From an uncultured bacterium (GTDB lineage: Bacteria > Oederibacteriota > PGYV01 > CAWJRG01): 64,000 nt of DNA. The stretch lies in assembly GCA_963845185.1 (NCBI GenBank), contig CAWJRG010000009.1, positions 768,001 to 832,000 on the forward strand, written 5' to 3'. The notes under the pieces were generated by a model that was not told the origin of the DNA, ran no database searches, and worked only from the letters and a program-made list of their open reading frames with translations. Both the position numbers and the translations under genes were made by a program. Each line of letters starts with the position of its first letter. The stretch's first letter is position 1. Of this stretch, positions 1 through 10,000 are shown piece by piece.

Positions 1-180
1 CGCGTCATCATAATCCCTCGCACCTTTTTCAAGCATGAGGTTTACAACATCTATCCGGCCGCTGTAAGCTGCCCATGCCATGGCAAGCTCAAAATCAAGG
101 GCGCCTTCCAAAACAGCCTGCTTTATTTTTTCCATGTCGCCTGTTTTTGCCGCGTCAACCAGTTTTTCGTCAGGTGTCAT
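1..180 (-). CDS. Ankyrin-repeat-like protein, N-terminal part (runs off the window)
   Basis: Manual translation MTPDEKLVDAAKTGDMEKIKQAVLEGALDFELAMAWAAYSGRIDVVNLMLEKGA has ankyrin-like AA..G..D.V..LL..GA motifs; GGAGG upstream of the ATG at 180. Confidence 0.7.
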   Translation of the reverse strand, partial: MTPDEKLVDAAKTGDMEKIKQAVLEGALDFELAMAWAAYSGRIDVVNLMLEKGARDYDDA

Positions 181-244
181 TTTTTCCTCCTGCCCAGATT
201 AGAAAAATAATGCAAATTATCAATCCTCAGTTTCGCATTGTTAT

Positions 245-697
245 CTAAGGATTAAAAACCTTTGTTGTTTTTTCATTCAAATATAAAATACATTTATGGC
301 TGTGTTTTTTTTCGTTAAACTCCTTAAACTCTATTTTTATATTCCCGTAAACCTCATATACAGCTTGTATCCAGATATCTTCTCCCAATACCCTTAATTT
401 ATTCGCTTCCAGTTTTAATTTCTCGGCTTTTAAGCCTTCCTGGTTGGCGTTAAAAGTTATTTCATTGCTTTTTAAAGCAATATATTCCCCTTTTATCTGC
501 TGCCTGAAATCATTTACGCTGACATTCTTTTCGCCGCTATATGCTTTTTTATGCAGCTCAATTCCCTCATTATGCATCCTGTTGCTTTCTTCCGTAACAG
601 CCTTGCTGTCGTCAAAAATTTTTTTGGCTTCAGCAATTAGTTTCATACGCAATTTCCATATCGATTCCAGGCTTACTCCTTCTTTTTTGCCGAACAT
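245..697 (-). CDS. Hypothetical protein, 150 aa
   Basis: ORF with AAGGAGG SD and an upstream TTGACT-16-TATAAT promoter (726-753); no family recognised. Confidence 0.7.
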   Translation of the reverse strand: MFGKKEGVSLESIWKLRMKLIAEAKKIFDDSKAVTEESNRMHNEGIELHKKAYSGEKNVSVNDFRQQIKGEYIALKSNEITFNANQEGLKAEKLKLEANKLRVLGEDIWIQAVYEVYGNIKIEFKEFNEKKHSHKCILYLNEKTTKVFNP

Positions 698-837
698 AAC
701 TGCCTCCTTTTTTTATTTGCCTATGATTATACCCTATTTGTTTTTGCAGTCAAATGTAAAATCCCCCATAAGGCGGCACCTTAGGATCAAGTGTTTCTTA
801 AAATCAACCTTATAAATCCATATTGATATATGGCAGC

Positions 838-2808
838 CTATCTCAATACAATAAACACGCCCGGCTTGCTTTTTAACTGCTTTCCCTTGTTGTCTTTTGC
901 TGTCAAAATATAATAGTATATTCCTCTGGCGAGTTTTCCAAGTTCTCCTTCAGAGAAGCATACGGTATAACGGCCGGTTATGGCAGAAGCGGGCCATGTT
1001 TTGTCTTTTATCAGCCTGAAAGCTTCTGTATAAATTTTCACGCTTACTGATTGCGGCTGCTGTGTTAAATCCAGATTAAAATAAAGCACATCCTTGCCTG
1101 CTTTCATCGGGTTTGGATAAACAAGGACATTATTTATTGCAAACACAGGGATTGGGGTCGGATTCGGAGTCGGTGTCCAGGGTATGAAAGTCGAATACTG
1201 GTATGCGCCTACGTCCCAGTTGCCCTGCCCTGCTCCGGGCCGTGTATTGCCGTTAATATCCGTTCCCATACCGGGCAGGTTAAACCCTGCGTCGTACATA
1301 TTCTGGCCATTGCCGATGAGCCAGGACCCTAAAACCGGCATTCCATTGGCATCCACTACTGCGGTAAGCGTGGCAGGATTGGCGGCCGAATCCGTGTCGC
1401 AATTGCATGCTGCCTGCCATGCAGGGAAACTTGCGGTGTCGACGCCGAACCCCCAAAATGGATTATAAGAACTCTGGTAATCGCCGTAATACTCATGGTC
1501 GGGAAGCAGGGTATAAGTGTCAGTGGCGTTTCCGTTTATCAGCGTGTCTTCGCCGCTCCATAAATTGTTCCTGACAACCAATCCTGCAGAGTTTACTCCT
1601 CCAGGGCCTGTGCCGCCCATGCTAAGGGCATTGCCTATGTCAACAATACCGGGCCCTACCAGCGTGTTGTTGAAAACCACACCTGGCCCGGTGCAGACTA
1701 TTTCCACGTTTGCACCGCTGTCAATGTCTGAATTGGTAAAGTAATTTCCGTAAATAAAGGCATTCGGGCTGCCGAATAGTGAAGTCCATGGCGTCCTGCC
1801 GGTATTGTTATACCCGCCCTCAAGAAAAATCCAGGCAGTGCAGTTATTGCCCTGATAGCCGCCGAACCTGTTGTTGTAAATATAGAGCCCGGTAAAAGAA
1901 CCCCAGAATGATGCCCCCTCGTCCTCTGCAGAGTTCCACGCGTGGATGCCGTCGTGGTGGTATGTGTTGGCTGCGCCGGAATCCCAGTTCATCATGTCAT
2001 GGAAGTAGTTGTCGTGGATGTAGTCGTTTGTGGCCGTGCAAGTCAACTCGCTGGACACTATAATGCCGTGGTCCATGTTGTAAAACTCGTTATGGTCAAT
2101 GTTGTTGTTTGTGTCGCCGAAGTTATAAGTATGCATCAGCACCCAGTGGATGTCGTGAAAAACATTATTATCCACCCTCCAGTTGCTTCCGCTAATTGAT
2201 ATGCCGTCGCCGACCGAACCTGACGTGTCGCAGCCGGTTGCCGCCTCGCACTGGGTGTGCACATAAAAATTAGCGATTGTGAGGTTTTTGATTTCGCAGT
2301 TGTTGCAATTCCCGGCAAGAATTGCAATGCTTGACTGCTGGTAGGAACAATTGCCGTCCGGGCAAGTTGCGCCCGGTGAGCCGTTAAGAGTATTCTGAAT
2401 AAGTCCTTTTATGCTGCCTCCATCCAGGATGACATATGATTGGTTCATCATTACCACGGCTGCCTCGTTGTAATTGTTGTTTGGAAAATATGGTGATTGA
2501 AGAACCGCGCCCGGTTCAAACAAAATGGTTATTGGGTTTGCAGCAGTGCCGCTGGCTTGGACAATTATGCCGGTTGTATTTGCAGGAATATTAAACACGC
2601 CGCACAAATGTACTGTTGTTCCGGGCCCGATTTGGCCAGCGTTCGTTCCCCAGTTGCCGGCATTGTTTAGCCAGGCCAATGAATGGGCATCAGTGCAGTC
2701 GGCTCCGGTATCAGAGCCTGAAGTGTTTTGCGTGATGTAAATGTCTGCCGCAAACAAAGGATATGAAAGCCCAAGGATGAAGAGAAAAAAGATAAGTACT
2801 CGTTTCAT
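838..2808 (-). CDS. Secreted right-handed beta-helix (pectin-lyase-like) protein with YPNP Ig-like C-terminal domain
   Basis: Signal peptide MKRVLIFF...LFA from the ATG at 2808, overlapping the upstream stop (ATGA); Asn-rich beta-helix repeats; D..G..RP...WDVGAYQY motif; PT linker; VYPNP...GIYYYIL C-terminus. Confidence 0.75.
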   Translation of the reverse strand: MKRVLIFFLFILGLSYPLFAADIYITQNTSGSDTGADCTDAHSLAWLNNAGNWGTNAGQIGPGTTVHLCGVFNIPANTTGIIVQASGTAANPITILFEPGAVLQSPYFPNNNYNEAAVVMMNQSYVILDGGSIKGLIQNTLNGSPGATCPDGNCSYQQSSIAILAGNCNNCEIKNLTIANFYVHTQCEAATGCDTSGSVGDGISISGSNWRVDNNVFHDIHWVLMHTYNFGDTNNNIDHNEFYNMDHGIIVSSELTCTATNDYIHDNYFHDMMNWDSGAANTYHHDGIHAWNSAEDEGASFWGSFTGLYIYNNRFGGYQGNNCTAWIFLEGGYNNTGRTPWTSLFGSPNAFIYGNYFTNSDIDSGANVEIVCTGPGVVFNNTLVGPGIVDIGNALSMGGTGPGGVNSAGLVVRNNLWSGEDTLINGNATDTYTLLPDHEYYGDYQSSYNPFWGFGVDTASFPAWQAACNCDTDSAANPATLTAVVDANGMPVLGSWLIGNGQNMYDAGFNLPGMGTDINGNTRPGAGQGNWDVGAYQYSTFIPWTPTPNPTPIPVFAINNVLVYPNPMKAGKDVLYFNLDLTQQPQSVSVKIYTEAFRLIKDKTWPASAITGRYTVCFSEGELGKLARGIYYYILTAKDNKGKQLKSKPGVFIVLR

Positions 2809-4904
2809 TTCACCACCGCCATCTTTCCCCATGATTTTTGATGTTCCTTACTATCTATCGCCTCTATGCTGTAGATAAATATCCCGCTTGCAACTCCCTT
2901 GCCTGTTTTATTATTTGTATCCCAGTAAATGCTGTTCATGTCCGGCTGGCCTTGTTGCGTAAATTCCCTTACAACCTCCCCGCTTATTGTGTATATTTTT
3001 ACGTTCACTTGCGCCTCATCGCACAACTGGTAAATTATATTCGTGCCGTTTGAACAAGGGTTTGGCGAGTTTTTGTATAACTTCAAACAAAGCGGCACTT
3101 GAGGCGTAGGTATTATTGTTACACTGCATGTTATGCTTGCTGTAGGTGTCGGTGTAACTGTTAGCGTAATAATAGCGCTGGGTGTCATTGTTTCCGTATT
3201 TGTAAATGTTGGTAAAATAGTGGGCGTTGTCGTTTCTGTATTTGTAAGTGTCGGCGATGGACCCGGATTAATAATACTATTAACCATATTTGATTCATAT
3301 GGTCCCAGGCCGTTAGCATAAATAATTGCTTGATTGGTAATCGTTGTTCCTGTCGGGCAGCTTGGATTCACTTGCACCATAAAACTATAACTTAAAATTG
3401 TATTGGCAACAACATCGCCTATATTCCATATTAATAAATTACCATTAAGTATGGGCGAATCTGTTGCGGAGCCGGATATATATTGGGCACAGGCAGGAAT
3501 TGTATCAGCAAGCACGACTCCGGTCTTTGTGGAACTTGATCCCATAGAATTAATATTTAAAAAATATTGTAAAATGTCGCCCTGATAGGTTATTTTTTTA
3601 TCGACAGTTTTGCAAAGGGTTAGGTCGGGTCCAAATGCCCATATCCCGCCGCTGTCAAGGCTGATCAACAAATAGTTATCGAATATTATCGGCGAATTAA
3701 AATCAAAGCCCTGCGAATCTCCCCCTGTTATTTGATATTGCCACAGTATTGTGCCGGCGTCCGCATTTCCCGCACCTGATATTGCGAATATTTTTTTCGA
3801 ATCTCCTACTGCCACAAAAACAATATTATTCCCCGATATTGCCGGCGAAGATATTATCCTATTTGCGCTTGTTGTAAATACAGGAAACCCCGCCATTGGA
3901 TTCCCTGTATTCATATCAAAAGCATAAAGCTCTGAGGTTCCGTCCAATGCATAAACAACATTATTAGCGGCAGCTATTCCTCCATAGTTATTATAAGAGC
4001 CACCCGATGTTCCTGCATTGACTGGAAATCCGGTTAACGGGAGCCCTGTAGAAATATCATAAACGTATATTTTCAGGTCGGTTAAATTTGAATCGTGCGC
4101 GTAAACAAATATTTCGTTATTATAAACCACGGGCCTGGTAAAAATATAATCAGAGGAATAAGCCGGGACGTTTATCGGAAAATTAGCAAGTACATTGCCG
4201 TTTATGTCATAGCCGTAAATCTCCGTGGTTGCCGTGTCGTAATAAAAAATCCTGTAATTATCCGCGCAAAGGCCCGGCATGGAAGTATAGTTGGAACTCG
4301 TTGTAGTAAAACTTACAGGGAAACCGGATTTTATTGCCCCGGTATTCTTGTCATAAACCCAGATGCCGTGGGTCCAGGGAGGCCCGTATCCGCATTGAAT
4401 ATAAACGTAAAGGTCGTCAACTACCAGGCTATTGAAACTCGGGGGACGCAGAGAAGCCATGCTTACCAACGCATTTGATGTCCATAGTACAGAACCAGTT
4501 CCAATATCAATGCATTTAACATACGCATTACTACCGCCCATATCCAGGACATATAATCTGTTATCACTTGCCGCAGGCGTTGATTCTCCTATATTGACGA
4601 AATTATAAGTCTGAACCTGCTGTCCGGAGAATAAATCGTAACCCAGTATAGGCCCTGATTTTCCCTGATAAACCGTACCTGCTATTCCTATAAGGCCGTT
4701 TTCTTCAACCGTAGAATCCGGGGAAGCCCATTTTAATGCCAATGGTACTGTTATATTATCTGTGTTAAACCCGGTATTTTCCGGATCCTCCCTGTAATTT
4801 GGCCAGTCATTGGCATATATTTTATGAGGAATTATTAGAAAAATAGCAAATAATGCCGTTAGTCCTATAACTTTAAATCTTGAATTTCGAATTATAAATT
4901 TCAT
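2805..4904 (-). CDS. Secreted PQQ-like beta-propeller protein with DUF11-like domain, Thr linker and FlgD-Ig/CTD-like end
   Basis: DWPNYR...NTG...PLALKW, repeated SSPA/W motifs, LTLCKTVDK...GDILQY...DTIP, NSPNP...KIYTISGE.V...WD..N..GK.VASGIFIY; start taken at the ATG at 4904. Confidence 0.75.
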   Translation of the reverse strand: MKFIIRNSRFKVIGLTALFAIFLIIPHKIYANDWPNYREDPENTGFNTDNITVPLALKWASPDSTVEENGLIGIAGTVYQGKSGPILGYDLFSGQQVQTYNFVNIGESTPAASDNRLYVLDMGGSNAYVKCIDIGTGSVLWTSNALVSMASLRPPSFNSLVVDDLYVYIQCGYGPPWTHGIWVYDKNTGAIKSGFPVSFTTTSSNYTSMPGLCADNYRIFYYDTATTEIYGYDINGNVLANFPINVPAYSSDYIFTRPVVYNNEIFVYAHDSNLTDLKIYVYDISTGLPLTGFPVNAGTSGGSYNNYGGIAAANNVVYALDGTSELYAFDMNTGNPMAGFPVFTTSANRIISSPAISGNNIVFVAVGDSKKIFAISGAGNADAGTILWQYQITGGDSQGFDFNSPIIFDNYLLISLDSGGIWAFGPDLTLCKTVDKKITYQGDILQYFLNINSMGSSSTKTGVVLADTIPACAQYISGSATDSPILNGNLLIWNIGDVVANTILSYSFMVQVNPSCPTGTTITNQAIIYANGLGPYESNMVNSIINPGPSPTLTNTETTTPTILPTFTNTETMTPSAIITLTVTPTPTASITCSVTIIPTPQVPLCLKLYKNSPNPCSNGTNIIYQLCDEAQVNVKIYTISGEVVREFTQQGQPDMNSIYWDTNNKTGKGVASGIFIYSIEAIDSKEHQKSWGKMAVVK

Positions 4905-4984
4905 TTTACTACCGCCACGCCCGTAAAACAAACTTGAGTTTTTGGCTCATAGAAAAGTGGAGGATTTAAAACGTACCTAACCAT
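4901..4984 (-). CDS. Putative 27-aa small ORF MVRYVLNPPLFYEPKTQVCFTGVAVVK (not in the ORF track)
   Basis: Strong SD AAAGGAGG 9-10 nt upstream; its stop overlaps the ATG of the next gene (ATGA); lies just downstream of a consensus promoter. Confidence 0.5.
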   Translation of the reverse strand: MVRYVLNPPLFYEPKTQVCFTGVAVVK

Positions 4985-5010
4985 TCTTTTTAACCTCCTT
5001 TCTAGTTTTA

Positions 5011-5039
5011 ATTATACATCTTCCTCTCTTCAAAATCAA
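5011..5039 (-). promoter_or_regulatory. Sigma70-type promoter TTGATT-17-TATAAT
   Basis: Near-consensus boxes upstream of the small ORF and the PQQ-like gene. Confidence 0.6.
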
Positions 5040-5103
5040 ATTTTATAATTCAGCCCCCAAAACCCCTATTTTTTAAATCAGCCTTACTAATCTATTCTAA
5101 AGC

Positions 5104-6918
5104 TTACTTCAGCAAAATAAATACGCCAGGCTTGCTTTTTATTTGCCTGCCTGAACTGTCTTCTGCTGTCAAAATATAATAATATAATCCGCTTGCATAA
5201 TTAGCCAGTTCATTTATGGGAATATTCACTTCATAATTTCCTGTTATAGAAGAAGCAGCCCATGTTTTTTCTTTTATCAGCCTGAAAGACGCAGTGTAAA
5301 TTTTCATGCTTACGGATTGTGGCTGCTGTGTCATATCCATGTGCACGTAAAGCGACTCTTTCCCCGCTATTGCGGGATTTGGATAAACAAGGACGTTGTT
5401 TATTACAAGCCCATTGTTTTCTTTCGTAGTTTGGGTGCTGGTCGGCGAATATTGCGGCGTTGCAGTAAATGTCGCAGTGATTGTTGCGGTTTTGGTCACA
5501 GTAAATGTTTCCGTATATGTCGCTGTTTTTGTTATTGTAGGCGTATTTGTTTCAGTCGGCGGCGTGCCTGTCATGGTCGCGGTGACTGTCGGAGAAACAG
5601 AAAAAGTTGGAGTATTAGTGAACGTGGGTGTAGCAGATAATACAGCCCCGGGTGTGTTAGTGGGGCTGTAATATTCATAAGCGCCTGCATCCAGATCGCT
5701 TGTGCGCGCTGTTTCTGTCAGGTTATTGACGTATTCAAATACAGGCACTGCTGAATACTGGGTACCGGTTCCGTCATAATATACCTGCGACTGGGCGTCG
5801 ATATTCAGGCATGATGAACCAGCTGTCAAATGAAAATCAAATCCAGCGTAGTTTACAAAACCCGGGTTTGCCGCGTTTGTCATATTTATAAATCCCGAAG
5901 GTATTGCAGCGCCGGCCTGCACCCAGTTGTTTGTGCCTGTAACTATGCCGGGTCCACCGCCTATTATATTATTGGAATTGTAAAAAATATTGTTAGCCGC
6001 ATAAATTGTAACACTAATGGCGCTCGGGTTGATAAAATTTATTGTGCTGGCTCCGGCAATGCACGTGTTGTTGACAAGATAAAGAGTGCCGGTGTGCACG
6101 TTGCCCATGTCCTGTCCGAAATCAATGAACTTGCTGTCATTGCCCGTGCGGCTCGGGCTGCTGACCACTATGTTCCCGACCATAACCGCGTTGCTGTTTG
6201 GAATGTCGGTCACGCCTGCCTGGTCCACGAACCCGACCTCGCCCTCGTTTGAGTCGGCGATATAGTTGTAAAAAAGTTGCTCGTAATGGCCACGGGACTT
6301 GAAATTCTGGCCGTACAGCGCGTCATGTATGTAGCAGAACTGTATTGTGCTTTGATAACCGTCAAGGTAAAAATTATGGCTGTAGCCGTTGTACAAAGCA
6401 GTGCCGTTATAAGCCACTTCGCAGGAATCAACAAGCGTGCTGCCGTTCCCGTCAGACATCATGCCCATGTCGCAGTAAGTAATCCTACAGCCTTTTATTG
6501 TGATATTGTCCCCGCCTGTAACCCTTATACCGGCGCCGTTGTTCCCGTTTGTAGCGTTCTGGAAAGCAATATTTTCAACCATATAATTACTGCCGTTGAA
6601 CTGGAAAAGCGCCCTCGGCACCGACCCTGCACCGCTCACGTCAACTCCTGTGCCGTCTATTATTGGCATTGGGCTGCCCATGCCTATTAAAGTTATCGGG
6701 TTTGCTACAGTGCCGCTTTCTGTCCATTTTATGGCTTCGTTGAAGTACGGCGCCGGGGTATAATATATTTCCACGATATCCCCGGGTGAAAGCGGCCTTG
6801 GAAGGGATGAAATGGTTGTGTATGTTTGTCCCGGCCCCACCTGATATACTGTTGCCATGGAAGCAAAAGGCATCATCACAATGAAAAAAACAAAGGTGAT
6901 TACTTTTATACGGCTCAT
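5104..6918 (-). CDS. Secreted right-handed beta-helix protein (polysaccharide lyase-like) with Thr/Pro linker and YPNP C-terminal domain
   Basis: Signal peptide; VGPGQTYTTI...PGD.V; NGAGIR; SHNFY; NFKSRG; DFHL...S.C; DAGAYEY; CTD similar to that of 838-2808. Confidence 0.8.
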   Translation of the reverse strand: MSRIKVITFVFFIVMMPFASMATVYQVGPGQTYTTISSLPRPLSPGDIVEIYYTPAPYFNEAIKWTESGTVANPITLIGMGSPMPIIDGTGVDVSGAGSVPRALFQFNGSNYMVENIAFQNATNGNNGAGIRVTGGDNITIKGCRITYCDMGMMSDGNGSTLVDSCEVAYNGTALYNGYSHNFYLDGYQSTIQFCYIHDALYGQNFKSRGHYEQLFYNYIADSNEGEVGFVDQAGVTDIPNSNAVMVGNIVVSSPSRTGNDSKFIDFGQDMGNVHTGTLYLVNNTCIAGASTINFINPSAISVTIYAANNIFYNSNNIIGGGPGIVTGTNNWVQAGAAIPSGFINMTNAANPGFVNYAGFDFHLTAGSSCLNIDAQSQVYYDGTGTQYSAVPVFEYVNNLTETARTSDLDAGAYEYYSPTNTPGAVLSATPTFTNTPTFSVSPTVTATMTGTPPTETNTPTITKTATYTETFTVTKTATITATFTATPQYSPTSTQTTKENNGLVINNVLVYPNPAIAGKESLYVHMDMTQQPQSVSMKIYTASFRLIKEKTWAASSITGNYEVNIPINELANYASGLYYYILTAEDSSGRQIKSKPGVFILLK

Positions 6919-7026
6919 GCCTTCACCCCGCTTTAAGTATTCAGGACTTTTTCAAATAATCAAAATTCCCTGCTTCTTAAATAACTATTTTATCCCAAAA
7001 GCGCGGAACTTCAACAGAAAAGAATA

Positions 7027-10000
7027 TTAATGTACTACGAATATAGTGCCTGTTTTTAATATATTGTTGGAACCTGACTCAATCACATAATAATACACCC
7101 CGGACGATACCGGGCTGTTGAATAAATTCCTGCCTTTCCAGTAAACAACAGGCGTTTGTGACGTCATCGAAATTACCAGTTCCCCTGATATTGTATAAAT
7201 GGATATGTTCGCGCCGATTGGCAAGTTGACGATTTTTAGCGCCCCTTCAATTGCTTTGTTGGGATTATAGGGATTGGGATAAACAATAATATCACCGATT
7301 GGATAAGGAGTAGTTGTTGCCGTAATTGTAGGCGTCAGTGTCGCTAGCACTTGCGTCAATGTCGATGTCACTGTTCTTGTAACTGTATATGTCAGCGTTA
7401 GCGTCGGCGTTAATGAAGCAGTAGGTGTAAAGGTTGATGTAGCAGTTATGGTTGGTGTAATTGAAGGCGTTGCCGACAAAGTCGGCGTGGGGCTTGCGCA
7501 CGCGCCGAATTCCTGGATTCTGTTATTATTTGTGTCCGCAACATACACATTACCACTGCTGGATACTGCTATCCCAGAAGGACCGTTAAACTGCCCGTTG
7601 CCGCTTCCACCGCTGCCCCAGCGTGTTATGTATGTTCCTGTACTGCTGAATTCATCGATTCTGTTACTATTCCATTCTGTGACATAAACATTTCCGCTGC
7701 TGTCTATTGCTGCGTCTTGAGTAATGGAAAATTGCCCGGGATTAGTGCCTTCACTGCCCAACCGGGTGATGTATGTGCCTATACTGTTAAACTCCTGAAC
7801 TCTGTAATTCCCATAATCCGTAACATACACGTTGCCGCTGCTGTCTATTGCTATTCCGTCAGGGCCGCTAAACTGCCCGTTACCGCTTCCTGCTGTACCC
7901 CATTGTGTGATATATGTGCCTGTATTGTTGAATTCTTCTATTCTATTATTAACATAGTCAGCAACATACACGTCTCCACTGCCGTCCACAGCCACCCCTT
8001 GAGGGTCATTAAACTGCCCGTTACCGCTTCCGGCAGTGCCCCATTGTGTGATATATGCCCCTGTATTATTAAATACTTCTATTCTGTCATTAACCAGGTC
8101 TGAAACATATACGTTCCCGCTGCTGTCTACTGCTACTCCAACAGGGCCGTCAAACTGCCCGTTACCGCTTCCAGTGCCACCCCATTGAGTTATATATGTC
8201 CCTGTACTGCTGAATTTTTCTATTCTATTATTACCTTCGTCTGCAACATACACGTTTCCGCTGCTGTCTATTGCTAAGAAAGCAGGATACTTGAACTGCC
8301 CGTTACCGCTTCCACTGCTGCCCCATGCCGTGATAAAACAGGGCGTCGGCCCGGATGTTAAAGTGGCAGTATATGTCAGCGTAATCGTGAAAGTGTTTGT
8401 AGGCGACAATATGGGTGTTGAAGTGCATGTCTGTGTCTGCGTAAGCGTCAAAGACAAAGTCTGCGTTGGGCTTACGCACGCGCCGAATTCCTGGATGTTA
8501 TTATTGTCTGAGTCTGAAACATACACATCCCCGCTGCTGTTTACTGCCAATCCAAAAGGCCATTTAAACTGCCCGGGCCCGGTTCCGTAACTGCCCCACT
8601 GTGTTATATATGTGCCTGTACTGCTGAATTCCTGGATTCTTATATTGCTGACATCTGCAGCATAAACGTTTCCACTGCTGTCTATTGCTATTCCTGCAGG
8701 GCCATAATAAAACTGGCCTTCGCCGCTGCCATTGCTGCCCCACTGTGTTATATATGCTCCTGTACTGCTGAATTCCTGGATCCTGCTGTTATTCGGGTCT
8801 GAAATATACACATCCCCGCTGCTGTTTACTGCTATTCCCCACGGGCCTATGAACTGCCCGTTGCCGCTCCCATTACTGCCCCATTGTATTATATATGCTC
8901 CTGTGCTGCTGAATTCCTGTATCCTGTTATTTCCGTTGTCAACAACAAACACATTACCGCTGCTGTCTACTGCTATTCCAAAAGGGCTATTAAACTGGCC
9001 GTTGCCGGTTCCAGTAACTCCCCATTGTGTTATATATGTGCCTATGCTGCTGAATTCCTGAATCCTGTTGTTATTCGCGTCTGAAACATACACGTCTCCG
9101 CTGCTGTTTACTGCTACTGCAACCGGATAATTAAACTGGCCGTTGCTGGTTCCAGAAAATCCCCACTGTGTTATATATGTTCCTGTACTGCTGAATTCTT
9201 CAATTCTGTTATTATAGCTGTCTGCGACATACACGTTTCCGCTGCTTTCTGCTGCTGCTCCTTCAGGATTATTAAACTGGCTGTTGCCGTTTCCACTGCT
9301 GCCCCACACCGTGATAAAACAAGGCGTGGGCCCTGGAATTATGGTTGCGGTATAGGTTGGAGTTGTTGTCATCGTATTTGTTTGCGTAGCAGTTCCAGTT
9401 ATGGTTTTTGTTATTGAAGGCGATACTATTGGCGTCTGCGTATTTGGGGTAAATACTATCCAGCATGATATATTAACTTGTGGTGATAATACTATCGGGC
9501 ATATAGCAGAACTATCGGGCGATGATTCTACCTGGAATGTCGCAAAAAGCAAATGGCATTGTGTATTGGTTGGAGCAGTCGCGCCAGGTCCTCCATTGCT
9601 TTTGTCCCCGTATGTTACTATTATCTGGCCTGCGTTCGCAGTAAGGCCGCTGGCTTCAACTATTATTTCGTTTCCGCTTACGCTTGAGCCTACTAGAACC
9701 CCGCCAGTGACAGTTATTGAAAAATATCCGGGGTCAGTAGCTGTTGTGCTCGGCGGGCTCCAAACAGGAGGGATAGTTATTATTAAAGTTCCGTACCCGG
9801 TCCCCGTGGCCCACGCGATCGGGCCTGCGGTATAAGTAAAAATAAGCGTGTTTCCAGTGCTTCCAGAACGGACCAATGCCGGATTTACAGACGCACTTCC
9901 CTCACCGATACAAGACGTCGGCGTCACGCTAGGCGTATTGGTTATAGTCATGGTTGGCGTTATTGTCGGAGTTATTGAAAAAGTCGGCGTGGATGTAGGC

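Noticed and set aside
4984..5002. The small-ORF RBS (AAAGGAGGTTAAAAAGAATG) as a remnant of intron DVI (AAAGGAGGTTATAAAAGATG)
   Set aside because: No DV or DVI stem surrounds it; the similarity is explained by an optimal SD plus an A-rich spacer.
7490..9335. CRISPR array or non-coding repeat array
   Set aside because: The ~141-bp periodicity is in-frame NHL coding repeats; there are no identical repeats with unique spacers and no cas genes.
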